A stretch of 63,842 bases of DNA, the filler included, from Albugo candida (taxonomy: Eukaryota), in NCBI GenBank assembly GCA_040437565.1. It is 19 parts of 19 records of this genome, joined end to end, with 100 filler letters (N's around TTAATTAATTAA, not from the genome) between each part and the next. Parts side by side here need not be neighbours in the genome. Positions count along the whole stretch, not along the records: positions 10,372 to 13,710 come from JBDOQK010000224.1; positions 13,811 to 17,125 come from JBDOQK010000225.1; positions 17,226 to 20,539 come from JBDOQK010000226.1; positions 20,640 to 23,929 come from JBDOQK010000227.1; 15 more parts are not named here. The stretch is one strand, 5' to 3'. Shown here piece after piece: positions 10,372 to 22,152 of the stretch. Numbering within the stretch: position 1 is the stretch's first letter; every line of letters begins with the position of its first letter. The translations under genes and the position numbers were made by a program. The notes under the pieces were generated by a model. It was not told the DNA's origin and did not search any database. It saw only the letters and a program-made list of their open reading frames with translations.

Positions 10372-13301
10372 TCTGAATTCGCAGACCTTCCTTTGGATAT
10401 TGGTTTTCAAGAAGAAGAAGATTATGATGATGAACCTATTGAAGATCTTAACAATGATTTTAATTTTTTTGTTGACGATGATGAAGGTAAATAATTTGTT
10501 TATTTAATTCTTTTATTTTTATAACTTTTATTAATCATAATTAATAGATACTGAACCTGAATTCCAACAAGAGACTAGCTTTAGTGATCCCAACAAGTAT
10601 CCTACTGAACCTTTCTCTTTTGCTCTTGTTTTAATGATGTTGTGCATTCATCCAAGATATCTTACTGATGAAGGTGCTGAAATTGTAATGGCTTTTTTAA
10701 ACGTTATTTTGACTCTTGCTCAAAAGCAATTTCGTTTTCCCAAGACAGTCAAAACGTTCCAAACCAGAATCAATTATGATGAAAACTTCTGTTCAGGTTT
10801 ACAAACTTATGTTGCTTGTTCCTCCTGTCATTGTATCCACAAGTTACCAGCAGATCAACAAGTACGCCGCAGAAACCTAAAGTGTACGTTTGCCAAACGT
10901 ATATCGGACGGTGGAACGGTGTATGAGAAGTGTAATACATCAATGTATAACATTTCGAAGAAGGGGTTGTTACAGCCAAAGTCTATCTTTATGTATAACT
11001 CTATTATTAATACAATCAAAAAGTTTTACTTACGCCCCAACTTTGTTGAATCCATCTCTGCTTGGAAAACAAGATCCCTCCAACATGAAGACTACTATTT
11101 CGACTGCTATGATGCTGATATCTTCAAGAATTTCAAGCTCCATTCCTCTGATCGCATTCCCTTTGTCCAACAAAGTCCCCACAATCTTATGCTTTCAATG
11201 AATTTAGACTGGTTCAAGCAGTTCAAGAACAGCGAATACAGTATGGGTGGAATTTACATGACGATTTTGAACTTACCTCTTGAGCAACGAAATCTTCGTA
11301 AAAACATGATATTTGTTGGTTTAATGCCAGGAGGTAATGGCGAAGCCTCTTTAGAACAGATCAATAACTACTTGAAACCTCTTGTTGATGAGTTGTTAAT
11401 ATTCATGAATGGTGTAGAGATGCATGTTCCTGGTGTAGGTAATGTCACTGTCAAGGCAGCTTCAACTATGTTCTGCATGGATCTTCCCGCTGCCAGCAAG
11501 ACGATGGGCTTCAGCGCTCACAATAGCTATAATGCTTGCCGAAGATGCGACAAGGTTTTCAAGACAATTCCTGGACCTAATCACCAGATTGACTTTTCCG
11601 AAACAGATGACACCAAATTTAAGCCAAGATCAAAAGAGTCTAATTTACAAAGGGCTCTACAATTCAAAGATCTTACAAATGCCACAGCAAAACAAAATTT
11701 TGTTAAAAAATTTGGAACAAGATACTCTCAGTTTCATCGCCTGCCCTATGTTGATTGTGTCAAGAATACTGTATACGATCCGTTACATTGTGTATTTATT
11801 GGTAGTTTTAAAAGAATCATGCACTTCATCTTCTTAAAAAGAAAGTTAATTACGCAAGATCATCTTAAAGAAATGGCACAACTTACACGAGAAATTGTTC
11901 TTCCTCCTGGTTATGATTCTACTGCCATTGCAGGCAAGATTGTTTCTGGTAAAGGTTTTGGTCAGATGAAAGCGGATGAATGGAAAGTTTTTACTCTTGC
12001 ACTTTCTCCTTTCCTGTTAAAAGGCCGCTTGGACACAAAATATTATGACCATTTTATGATTCTTGTTGAATGCATTCAAATAATGAGTCTCTCAAGCATT
12101 TCAAAAACTCAAGTAGACCAATGCCATCAAATGATACGTCGTTTCAACACTGAATTCGTTCAACTTTATGGAAAAGAAGAAGTTGTTAGCAACATGCACT
12201 ATCATTTTCATTTAAGTGTAAGTTTTATTTTTTATGCACAATGCACAATCGATTTATTAATTTTTTGTTTTAAACTATTAATAGGAGGATATGCATAATT
12301 ACGGTCCGTTCGCAAGCCATCACTGCTTTGGATACGAAAGATACAATGGTATGTTGAAGAACATTAGGACAAATAACAAACAGGGTTTGGAAAAAACAAT
12401 TTTCATAAGAATGCTGCAAAGTATTTTTATTGATGATTTTGATTTGCCCTTTCCCTCTTTAGGTGATTCTTTGGGTGATGCAGATTTATACTCGTCTTTG
12501 TGTGATATTTATAGTGGTAAAGATATATATGGCAATCGAAAGAGGTTTGTCGAACAGAATCTGAAAGGGGAAGTAGATAATACTAGAAACGATAAAGATT
12601 TCAATTTACTTGATTTCATTTCTTTTTCTGGTTGCTTAGATGGTAATGGCTATAAATTTGCATACGGGTATGAAAAATTACCTGTTGCTACAATTTTATC
12701 ATTGTCCTATAAAGCAAATCGAAAACCTAAATTAAATGATGATGAGTATCGACATCTTCTGGCTTATTATCAACACTATTTCAAATCATCAAATATGCAT
12801 GCTTTTGATGATAAGGCGGGTATACATGGGAAGTTAACAAGCGAATACTCAGTCGTAGAGAATAAAATTATGCGGTTTAATTCGGTGAAACTTCTGGGTA
12901 GCTGTTATAAATCTATGGATATGTCTTCAGTACGTGGTAATATCATTTTCGCATATTATCGATATTACGATGAAGAACCAGACAAAAGCTTTAATGAACT
13001 TCGTCCTGCCCAGATTCAGTTCTTTTTTAGGCACGAAGCCAACATTTTAGATGATACCTCTGGTAAATATCAGTCTTTTATTTTCACGTTTGTTTTTGTC
13101 AAATGGCTTCAGGAAGCTGATTTGGATATTACTACATACAATACTAATAATACTAGAATATATAAGGATACGTATTTAAATGACTCGTATTTATCAATTT
13201 TACCTGTCAGTTGTATTCATTCTCCTGGTGGTATTTACGATGCTCCTCTTGAAGGTTATAAAGTCGTGTTTAAATTGCCAAGAAAGATATATGAAGAATA
13301 A
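10372..13301 (+). CDS. CMC/CACTA-type DDE transposase, 5' truncated
   Basis: Introns 10487-10547 and 12218-12284 restore one frame. Motifs: YVACSSC, LSMNLDWF, ILNLPLEQR, YLKPLVDEL, CMDLPA, ACRRC, DPLHC, MKADEW, NMHYHFHLSEDMHNYGP..HCFGYERYNG, and C-terminal RPAQIQFFFRH..FVKW..ILPVSCI. Confidence 0.92.
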
Positions 13302-13371
13302 AAATTATCATTATTTAAATCTACAACAAAGAAAACAATGTGCTATATTTTTTTCAAATTTTTTTTTATTA

Positions 13372-13710
13372 TTAATCATTATTATTATTAACAGCCCAAG
13401 AAGAAAGTCTCAAGTTTGTTGGAACAGGAAGATTTACTTCCACAACCCTTCTGACCTTTTTTGCACTTACGCGAGAAGCAGGGTGAAGTTCCATATGGGT
13501 CTCTTCCAACGTTTCATAAAACTCGTTCAACTATTAAAAAAAAAAAGGTAAGATTAATAAATATGAAATGACTAGCAATGTATTTATTATTAATGAAACT
13601 TACTTTGGAAGACCTCCAATTAGGACGTAAAACTTTGAATGTCAAAGCGCTGTCACCAATCATTTCATCGTCCTCTTCTTCTGATAAATATGCTTTATCC
13701 AACAAAGGCA
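13372..13710 (-). CDS. 3' end of CMC-element second gene (family Y, [ML]S[DE]EE / P.[WY]R[ST] / WA motifs), convergent with the transposase
   Basis: YLSEEEDD...VLRPNWRSSK, an intron, then LNEFYETLE...LRLSSWA. The same motifs and orientation occur at 39607-40776. Confidence 0.7.
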
Positions 13711-14115
13711 NNNNNNNNNNNNNNNNNNNNNNNNNNNNNNNNNNNNNNNNNNNNTTAATTAATTAANNNNNNNNNNNNNNNNNNNNNNNNNNNNNNNNNN
13801 NNNNNNNNNNGTCTGTTTTTGAAATAACTCTTTTAATTTTGATGATAGAAAGACGTTCTATGCAGAATAAAGTGTTGTTATCAATATAGCTATCTAGATC
13901 AATCATAATAGAGTCTATGGGGAGAGATCTTTGCAGAACCCGGTCATCTGACCAAATATATATAGTTAGTGGATTTTGTTGTACTACATGACCTCATATC
14001 ACTATAAACGGTTTACGAGATTCGAGTTTTACTAAAATAATGAAATCATAGCATTATAGCAATTTCTGTTCTTTTTCTCTTTTTTTCTTTAAATAATTTA
14101 ATAAAAGTTTCTACA

Positions 14116-15547
14116 ATGTTTCCTTCACCAAGCTCCCAATTATCTATCCGATTAGCTGCACTCAGACAAATTGCAGAAGCTGAGAATCGTATCAGAGCGT
14201 TAAGAAGAGAACGTATTTTAGAAGAGCATCGTCGACAACTTGCTGTTATTGATAGGGTGCGTAGCATTCGCGAGCAGTTAGGTACTTTGAAAATTGACCA
14301 GTTACCTGATGAAGATTGTTTAATTTTGTTCCGATTCACGTATCAACAAGTAATTTCATTTCAACTTCTTTATTACATATAAGTCTTGTAGTGTTTACTT
14401 TTTTTTTTTTTTTTTTTTTTTACTTTTAGATAAAAGAAATGACTAGAGCCTTTGGTTTTGGTGAAAAAATCAAGATAAGAGCAGAAGATCCTAGTCATGC
14501 ATACGACGTTGATGCTGTTGAAGTTATTGCAATTATGCTTAAGCGACTTAGCTTCCCAGCTAGGTTAATTGACCTTGGCTTTCTATTTGGTAGAAGTCAA
14601 CCAGAAATGAGCCGCATATTTAGAACAATAATAAACATTTTGTACCATAAATACAGCAAAGCAATGGAAGTAAATCTTCATCAATTTAGCCCAGCCAATC
14701 TTCGTAGATTCAGCGAAGCAATTCATTCAGCTGGTGAGTAGATATATCATTATAAATTGCGATCGTTGTCATTTAGAAATTAACTTCTATAATATATATA
14801 AGGGTCTCCATTCCCAAAGTGCGCTGGATTTATTGACGGCACCTTTATGCATTGTGCTCGACCCGTCGAAGACGCTATCCAACGTATTCTGTACAATGGA
14901 CATTATGTAAGTGTGCTATTTATTAAAAATCAACAATAAATGATATCTAATCTGCTTAATTGTAGAGGGGTCACGGGTACAAGTTTCAATCAGTTGAAAC
15001 ACCCGATGGACTTACCTCCTGTTTATGGGGTCCAATTACAGGTAATCGACACGACGCACAAATGTATAACGAAAGTCACTTGGAAGATATTTTGCGTCCG
15101 TTATTTGATAGAAGAGAAGAGGAAGGTTGTCATTACCACTTATATGGTGACCAAGCGTATGGACAATCAGCAGTAATGGAACGTCCATTCAGTAGAGGTA
15201 CAGATCAATCTATTATGCGCCTGTTGTAGTTTCAGTAAGCTAACATTTTTTATATACTAGTTACGACAAATGAAGAACAAAAAGCCATAAACAGAAATAT
15301 GTCTAGCGTTCGCGTTAGTGTGGAGAACGGGTTTGCCCAAACAACAAGCCTGTTCGCTTATCTCGATTTTGCTCGTACTTTGCGGTCAATGGGAAGCCCA
15401 GTTACCAAAGACTTCGTGATTGCCACTCTTTTGAAGAACATTCTCGCTTGTATGAATGGTGGTAATCAAATCAGCCGTAGGTTTGGTGTTCTTCCACCTA
15501 CATTTCAAACATATATGAATTCTTTGGAGACACATCAACAACAATAA
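14116..15547 (+). CDS. Harbinger/HARBI1-like DDE transposase (DDE_Tnp_4 type), 5 exons, apparently intact
   Basis: Four GT-AG introns give an open frame with LKRLSFPARLIDLGFLFGRS, CAGFIDGT, QRILYNGHYRGHGYKFQ, PDG, GNRHD, LYGDQAY and MSSVRVSVENGF (D, D, E triad present). Confidence 0.92.
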
Positions 15548-15593
15548 ACGATTAGTATACTTTTTATAAATTTTTTATTGTTATTTTATTTAT

Positions 15594-16520
15594 TTATTTA
15601 TCAGCAGGCATTATAGGGTGGACTGTTGGACGACCACCAAGCAACGTCTTCAACATTTGCTTTATCTCCTTCATGTCATCACGAAGAGACTGAACTTCCT
15701 TCTTCAGTTCATCCTGTTTCTTCTCGAAACTTTTCATATTAGCAACTAATTGCCGATTTTCCTTCTTGGCCTCTTCATTCTCATTCAACAATCCTTGAAG
15801 TTCTTCCTGCAAGCTTTGGAGAACGTTCGTGTCATTGAACACCACAGGAGCATCTTCAACATATTTTTCGATGGCATCCCCCTCAGCATCACCTCTTGTT
15901 TTTCTCTTCTTTATTGCAGAAGAACCTTTTTCTTTTCTTCTCTTTTCTACGGGAGGACCCATGCTTTCCAAGCGCTCGAGAACAACGCTTTGCGTATCCG
16001 CATCCTTATTCTTCTTTTCTTCTTTTTGACGTTTTTCTTCCGTCTCTTTCTTCTCTTTTTCATCGCTCTATAGTGTACATGTGAATATGTATTACTTTTA
16101 TTATCGATTATAACATTTTATTACCCTGGATTTGTAATCGTTGATAAGTCTATCTAGCTTACCGTACTTTTCATTACCTCCACTCTCGTTGGCACCTTTT
16201 TTATCTCTTGCTACATAATCGTTGACCAAGATCTTACATCTTTGGTGGATAGTCCTCAAGCTTAAAGGTTCTTTTACATCCTTATCAACTAGATTTACGG
16301 CTTCCATGATCCTTTTCCAAGCAATGTTTCTCTCCTTGTACTTCATCTTGGTAGGATCCTCGTCTATCATTCCTTCCATTAACTTGATATCACGATCTAT
16401 CGTCCATTGACAATTGGCGTGAGCGTACAAGTGATCTAAATTTTGACTCTTTTTGTTATTAGAATCGTTGTTGTTGTTGTTGTTTTTAGAGTTAGTAGTT
16501 AAGATATTGTTGAGATCCAT
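15594..16520 (-). CDS. Harbinger accessory protein, Myb/SANT(trihelix)-like DNA-binding domain plus coiled coil
   Basis: Exon 1 encodes QWTIDRDIKLM...NIAWKRIMEAVN...LSLRTIHQRCKIL. One intron (about 16071-16124) leads to a charged coiled-coil exon. It lies inside the TIRs, convergent with the transposase. Confidence 0.8.
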
Positions 16521-17694
16521 TTTTTAAAATATTGAGAAGAGACAAAAAAAAAGAAAGGAAAAAAATTAAATAATATACAATAATATTATTCTTTATTTCA
16601 TATCGACGTAATGACATAAAAAAAAGGACGTTTTGGGAGTTTAGTAGCCTAAATGATTGGCTATTATTGTTCTGCAAACTTCAAAAATTTTTGCAAAACT
16701 CTTGCAAAATTTGAAAAAGTTTGCAAGATTTTTTGTGTAACATGGCGTCATATTTCCTTATAGGGTCCTGCAAAGATCGTTCCCCATAGACTCTAATAAA
16801 TAACTCTACACAGCCAGAGGGACTTCGGATATATTGGGACTAGTGTGTTTTAATCGAAAAATGGAAAGGCCATTCATTACTCTTTTAAGAATAGGTTGAA
16901 AAACTTGGGGGTTCCCCCAAATTATCGTTTTATTCTATATCCGGAATAGACTACTATTCATCCCCTTCACCCCCATATTCCCATATCCCCCAGTTATTAT
17001 AGCTCATAAAAATGATTGCCCTTGCAAAATATAAAAAATTTATTATAATATCATAACAAAATTCTACAGACATGGCCTTGGCAGCACATACCACAGAAAG
17101 TGGTAAAGAGAAACACTCTTCTTGCNNNNNNNNNNNNNNNNNNNNNNNNNNNNNNNNNNNNNNNNNNNNTTAATTAATTAANNNNNNNNNNNNNNNNNNN
17201 NNNNNNNNNNNNNNNNNNNNNNNNNACTAAGTATTATATTTGAGCTTTATGTTGTTCTACTTACTTTAATCCTCAGCTTCAATCTAGCAAACAGCTACTT
17301 TTGATTTTTGGGTTTGGGAAGAATTTTATTATAAAATATTGTTCTAAAGATTTAAACGGCAAGATGGCCCACACGTTCACAAAGTCTGTCCAACACAACA
17401 TTGATGATTTTCTATATACAATAAAACTTTAGATTTTTTCCTTCACACAAAAACAAAAAATAGCATTACTTACTGACGCGTTCTTAAAGCAACGATATGC
17501 ATTTTGGAGGCAAAAAAATTATCCTTGTGTTCTGGGAGCCCACATCAGTCAAATTCGACTATTCTAACTTGTTTGCTCAATAATAAGCAATAATAGCTTC
17601 TTACTGATACTCTATTATTAAACTTGCACTATGTTAAAATCCTTCTTTATTGCTTAGCTGTTTCTGACCTGTATTGATCACGCAATTTTTGATT

Positions 17695-18075
17695 TTAATG
17701 GACATGTGACGAATTTATGACTAGTAATTAGCAAAAAAGTTTTATTTTTGTATAAATTATCATCAAGGATTAAATATTCTCTTTTCTTTTTACTTTTTTA
17801 TCATAATAAAACCACAAGAACCACAAAACAAAGCATATCTAAAGTTTAGGACCCTGGAAGAAAATGAAGCATTCTACTCATCCTGAGTTTGACCTGCTGA
17901 ACGTAAACCTGAATCTATTACTGCTGAATCTACTACTCTACTCATTCTCAACCTGAACCTGAACCTGATCTATTGAACTTATAAAACCTATTAAACCTAT
18001 TGAGCCTTTTGAATTTGAATCCAAACCTATTGAACCTGAACGGGAACCTGCTGAATATACTCTACTCATCCTACT
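17695..18075 (+). pseudogene. Internally deleted, decayed copy of the downstream gene (18842-) and its promoter
   Basis: 17698 ATGGACATGTGACGAATTTATGACT matches 18726 ATGGACATGTGACCAATTTATGACT. Similarity continues into ACCACAAAA..AAAGCA, then jumps to TTCTACTCATCCTGAG and GAACCT/GCTGAATCTA repeats like those at 19588 onward. Confidence 0.65.
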
Positions 18076-18841
18076 TTATTATCCCACCATTTTTTTTAAA
18101 AATAAAATAAAATTTAACTTTATTTTGCTTATTTAACGCGTCATTTTTTTATACATGTACATGAATGTTTATTTTTTATTTCTTATTTATATACTTCATA
18201 ACATGGCTCTTGCACTACCAACCTGTAGCAATGACATTTGACGACAAAATGAATATAAACAAAATCGGACAATGACAAATTGTTTTACTCGACAAAAAAC
18301 CATACAATAACTTTTTGCTCAATTTTGGATTATGTTATAATATTTATGTCAAATATTGTACAATGCATAAAAGTTTGGTTAAAACATTTATTATAAATAT
18401 TTGGTTTTTGTAAAATTTATAATTAACAAAAGTATTTGTTACAAATTGTACAAAAACAACACAGTTTTGGTAAATATTTAACATTGTATTTTGTTATTTG
18501 TTACATATTGTGCAAAAACATTATTTTTACAAAATATTTTAAATGTTTTTTGTTTTTTGTTACATGTTAAACGAAAACATATTGTGTTCTCTTCACTATT
18601 AAATAAGTCGACATTTTTCTTGCTTAATATTTTACAAGTCAGTGCTTTGTTACCTAGCATTGAATGCTAAACTGTTCAATATCAAACAATTATGGCTCTC
18701 ACAAAAAGCCTTTTGCTTACACCTTATGGACATGTGACCAATTTATGACTGGTATTCAACAAAAATTTTTTTTTTTAATAAATCTTCAACAAAGATTAAT
18801 GTCTTCCTTCTCTTCATTTTTTTCTTTCTTTTTTTGCAAAA

Positions 18842-20539
18842 ATGAATAATTCTACAAAAGAAACACCACAAAAGAAAGCAAACAAAAAATTTTATGGTAA
18901 AAGAGAAAATAGAGATCGTCTCTACTCAGTTCGTTGGTTGAGGGATTTGGAAGCGAAAGCAAAAATATTTATGAGAGAAAACGAGGCAAGAACGAACATG
19001 TACGTGGAAAGGTATAATTTACTTCAACGAGAGCATCCGGAAGGCGTTGAAAACAAAGATGAATCAGAAGTACTAGCTTTTGCTAGATACAGAACCGAAG
19101 ATGAATCCAGGGATTATTTTATTCATTCAAAGTATACGGTGTTAAGCCAACGACAAGAACAAATTGAATTGTTGGAACAAAAATTCTGTCATTTTTTTTG
19201 CCTTGAGTAAGTTCTAATTCTTCATCAAACTTAGTACTTTATACTAACCTTTTTTAATAGAGACACTAAGAAGCTTTTGTCGTGGCTGTTCGTGCTTATT
19301 AATGAACATTGTTTAGTTGCGAGAATGCACATCAATCGAAGAACATTGTTGCAAGGAATAAAAAAAATATGTGAGGATTTTGAATTTGATACGTCATTTG
19401 ACTTCAGTCACGAAGTAAAAAAGGGCGTGTTTGAAATGTTCAAAATGAATCGTACTCTCATCAACAACATGGCTGCCGTGGTTCTTTCTTTGGGATTTGA
19501 GTTAAATCATGATATTTTTATAAAAAACGTTACTCGAAGCAATGCTATCTTCCCTCGTCTTGAGACAACTCGTTCAAATCGTACTGTTTCTACTCATCCT
19601 GAGACTAGTGAAATTGAATCGGAAGGATCCCTTGAAAACGAACATGATGAAATCGAATCTGATGGATCCCTTGAAGCTGAACCTCTTGAATCTATTCCAC
19701 TCATTGAATCTCATGCTGAAAGTGAGCCTACTCGTGTTGAACCTGGCCCTGCTGAACCAATTCTACTCTACTCACCTGAAACTGCTGAATCTATTCCACT
19801 CATTAAATCTCATGCTGAAAGTGAGCCTACTCGTGTTGAACCTGGCCCTGCTGAACCAATTCTACTCTACTCACCTGAAACTGCTGAATCTATTCCACTC
19901 ATTAAATCTCATGCTGAAAGTGAGCCTACTCGTGTTGAACCTGGCCCTGCTGAACCAATTCTACTCTACTCACCTGAAACTGCTGAATCTATTCCACTCA
20001 TTAAATCTCATGCTGAAAGTGAGCCTACTCGTGTTGAACCTGGCCCTGCTGAACCAATTCTACTCTACTCACCTGAAACTGCTGAATCTATTCCACTCAT
20101 TAAATCTCATGCTGAAAGTGAGCCTACTCGTGTTGAACCTGGCCCTGCTGAACCAATTCTACTCTACTCACCTGAAACTGCTGAATCTATTCCACTCATT
20201 AAATCTCATGCTGAAAGTGAGCCTACTCGTGTTGAACCTGGCCCTGCTGAACCAATTCTACTCTACTCACCTGAAACTGCTGAATCTATTCCACTCATTA
20301 AATCTCATGCTGAAAGTGAGCCTACTCGTGTTGAACCTGGCCCTGCTGAACCAATTCTACTCTACTCACCTGAAACTGCTGAATCTATTCCACTCATTAA
20401 ATCTCATGCTGAAAGTGAGCCTACTCGTGTTGAACCTGGCCCTGCTGAACCAATTCTACTCTACTCACCTGAAACTGCTGAATCTACTCGTTCTCTCAAT
20501 AACAAGAGAAAAAGACGAATAATGAGCGAAGCTCATCGT
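18842..20539 (+). CDS. Hypothetical protein with eight 33-aa Pro/Glu/Ser-rich tandem repeats, 3' truncated
   Basis: Intron 19207-19260 (GTAAGT..TACTAAC..TAG) joins ORFs 18842 and 19277 in frame. Basic KRKRR follows the repeats. Confidence 0.8.
19687..20486 (+). repeat. Coding minisatellite, 8 x 99 bp
   Basis: GAGCCTACTCGTG recurs at 19724, 19823, 19922, 20021, 20120, 20219, 20318 and 20417. Copies appear identical except one A/G in the first. Confidence 0.97.
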
Positions 20540-20830
20540 NNNNNNNNNNNNNNNNNNNNNNNNNNNNNNNNNNNNNNNNNNNNTTAATTAATTAANNNNN
20601 NNNNNNNNNNNNNNNNNNNNNNNNNNNNNNNNNNNNNNNGTTAAGAGCATGGTTTTTGGTTTTTTTGAAGCTTCTATTAGTTTCAGTACTAAACAGATTT
20701 TGATTGGCTAAAATATGTACCTGCCATGCGCGAACTTAATAATGAATTAATAATTTTTTGAAGCTTTTTTTTATATATATTTCTTTCTTTTTTTTATACA
20801 TAATCTTAAAACTTATATTTCAGTTAAGCA

Positions 20831-22152
20831 ATGTCCAGATTAAATTTAACAAACGCAGAAAAAATATATGCTGAAATGGACTCTCACCTCCTTTTTAAAC
20901 AAAGACAGTTTGAGCAGTTGCAACAACATTACGAGCAAATGTCTGTTCGTACTGGAATCTCGGTAGAAGAGTTGAAGATCGAACTTGATGGCGAAATACG
21001 TGCACCCCGTAGGGCTGTTAGTGCTTTCACTGCCTTCAAGTTTGTTCCTCCAGCTAGTTCCAAAAAGCTGGAAAAAGGTAACGGTTTTTTGTCGAATAGT
21101 AGTTTCAAGGATTAACGATCACTTTTATGAACAGGAGAGTACGCCAAGCTTAAGGCTGCAGAGTACAAGAACTTGACCGAGGAGAAGAAGAAAAAGTTGG
21201 TTGAAGAAGCCAAGGAAGCTCAAAAACCTGTGGTTTTGGCTAGCGAACGCCGCGAAAAAGTCAATGATCTTATAGAACGCTTCCAGTACCAATGCCAAGA
21301 CTTGGATGTGTCAATGTACACTGTATGTGTATATAAAGTTACGGAAAAGCGTAAAAACAAATACGTGAATGTAGATGTTTTTTCCGATGGTAAGTTAATA
21401 GCGCAGAACTATGCTTGGTTAAAATTATAGTTTGGCTGAAAGAATTGTTTTTAACAATATTAGCTAATGGTTCACAATTGAAGGAGATGTTAGCCAAGCA
21501 TGATGTCAAGACAAAACTACTTGAAATATGTGGTTGTAAAGCTGGTGATAGACCAAAGCGTGTTGGTAATTAATATGTTAAAGATTATGTTTTGACAACG
21601 ATGATAACCATGCTTCCGTTATAGTTAAAAAAGGTACTCCTGCACGCACCAAGACAGATAATGCTTTCAAGAGTGCAGTTAGAAAAGAGGTTTTGAATAC
21701 ACTTAGTAATAAAGTAAAATAGGAGCTATAACCGCTGGAAGCTAACTTTTTTTTTTCTTACTTTAGATCATGACCTCAATTCACGCTTACAGAGAGTACC
21801 TTGGTCTTTGATCAACGATAATTCTGGTACACTAACAGTCAAGAATTGGCCTGAAGGTGTAAACATTGGTGAGATCAAGGAGATTGAACAAGCGCTCAAG
21901 GTCAACGCTCGTGTAAGAAACCCTGTTCCTTACAAAGGAGAGCCTACGGTGCAAGAAAATGAGTTGATTTGCTTCTCTGGTGTTCCGAAGAAGAAAAGAA
22001 GTACCGTTTCTACTCGTATTCCTCCCGCACCTGTTGCCAATACTTCGGGAGCTAATTTTACTAATGAACTATTAGAGCTTATGTTCCGTAATATGGATCC
22101 TACCATATTACAGAGTGTTGCTAATCGCTTTGCTTCTTCAAACTCTAACTAG
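20831..22152 (+). CDS. Divergent HMG-box-like protein, probable DNA-transposon (KDZ-type) accessory gene, 5 exons
   Basis: After intron 21078-21134 it reads APRRAVSAFTAF...GEYAKLKAAEYKNLTEEKKKKLVEEA (HMG-box pattern). Later exons give QRVPWSL...VKNWPEGV. Confidence 0.65.

Larger units (their letters stand above)
13910..16794. mobile_element. Complete two-gene PIF/Harbinger-superfamily DNA transposon (2885 bp)
   Basis: 32-bp TIRs at 13910-13941 and 16763-16794 (29/32 identical, starting AGAGTCTATGGGGA). AAT is duplicated on both flanks (13907-13909, 16795-16797). It encloses convergent transposase and Myb/SANT-like genes. Confidence 0.93.

Noticed and set aside
19687-20486. Possible CRISPR-like array
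   Set aside because: Head-to-tail identical units without unique spacers, inside a eukaryotic ORF, with no cas genes.
19542-20522. 326-aa Leu-rich ORF resembling an LRR or membrane protein
   Set aside because: Alternate frame of the 99-bp repeat. The spliced gene uses the other frame.
20831-22152. Mucorales mating-type HMG gene (sexM/sexP)
   Set aside because: The HMG pattern is shortened and divergent, the gene is multi-intron, and no flanking tptA/rnhA-like genes are on the contig.
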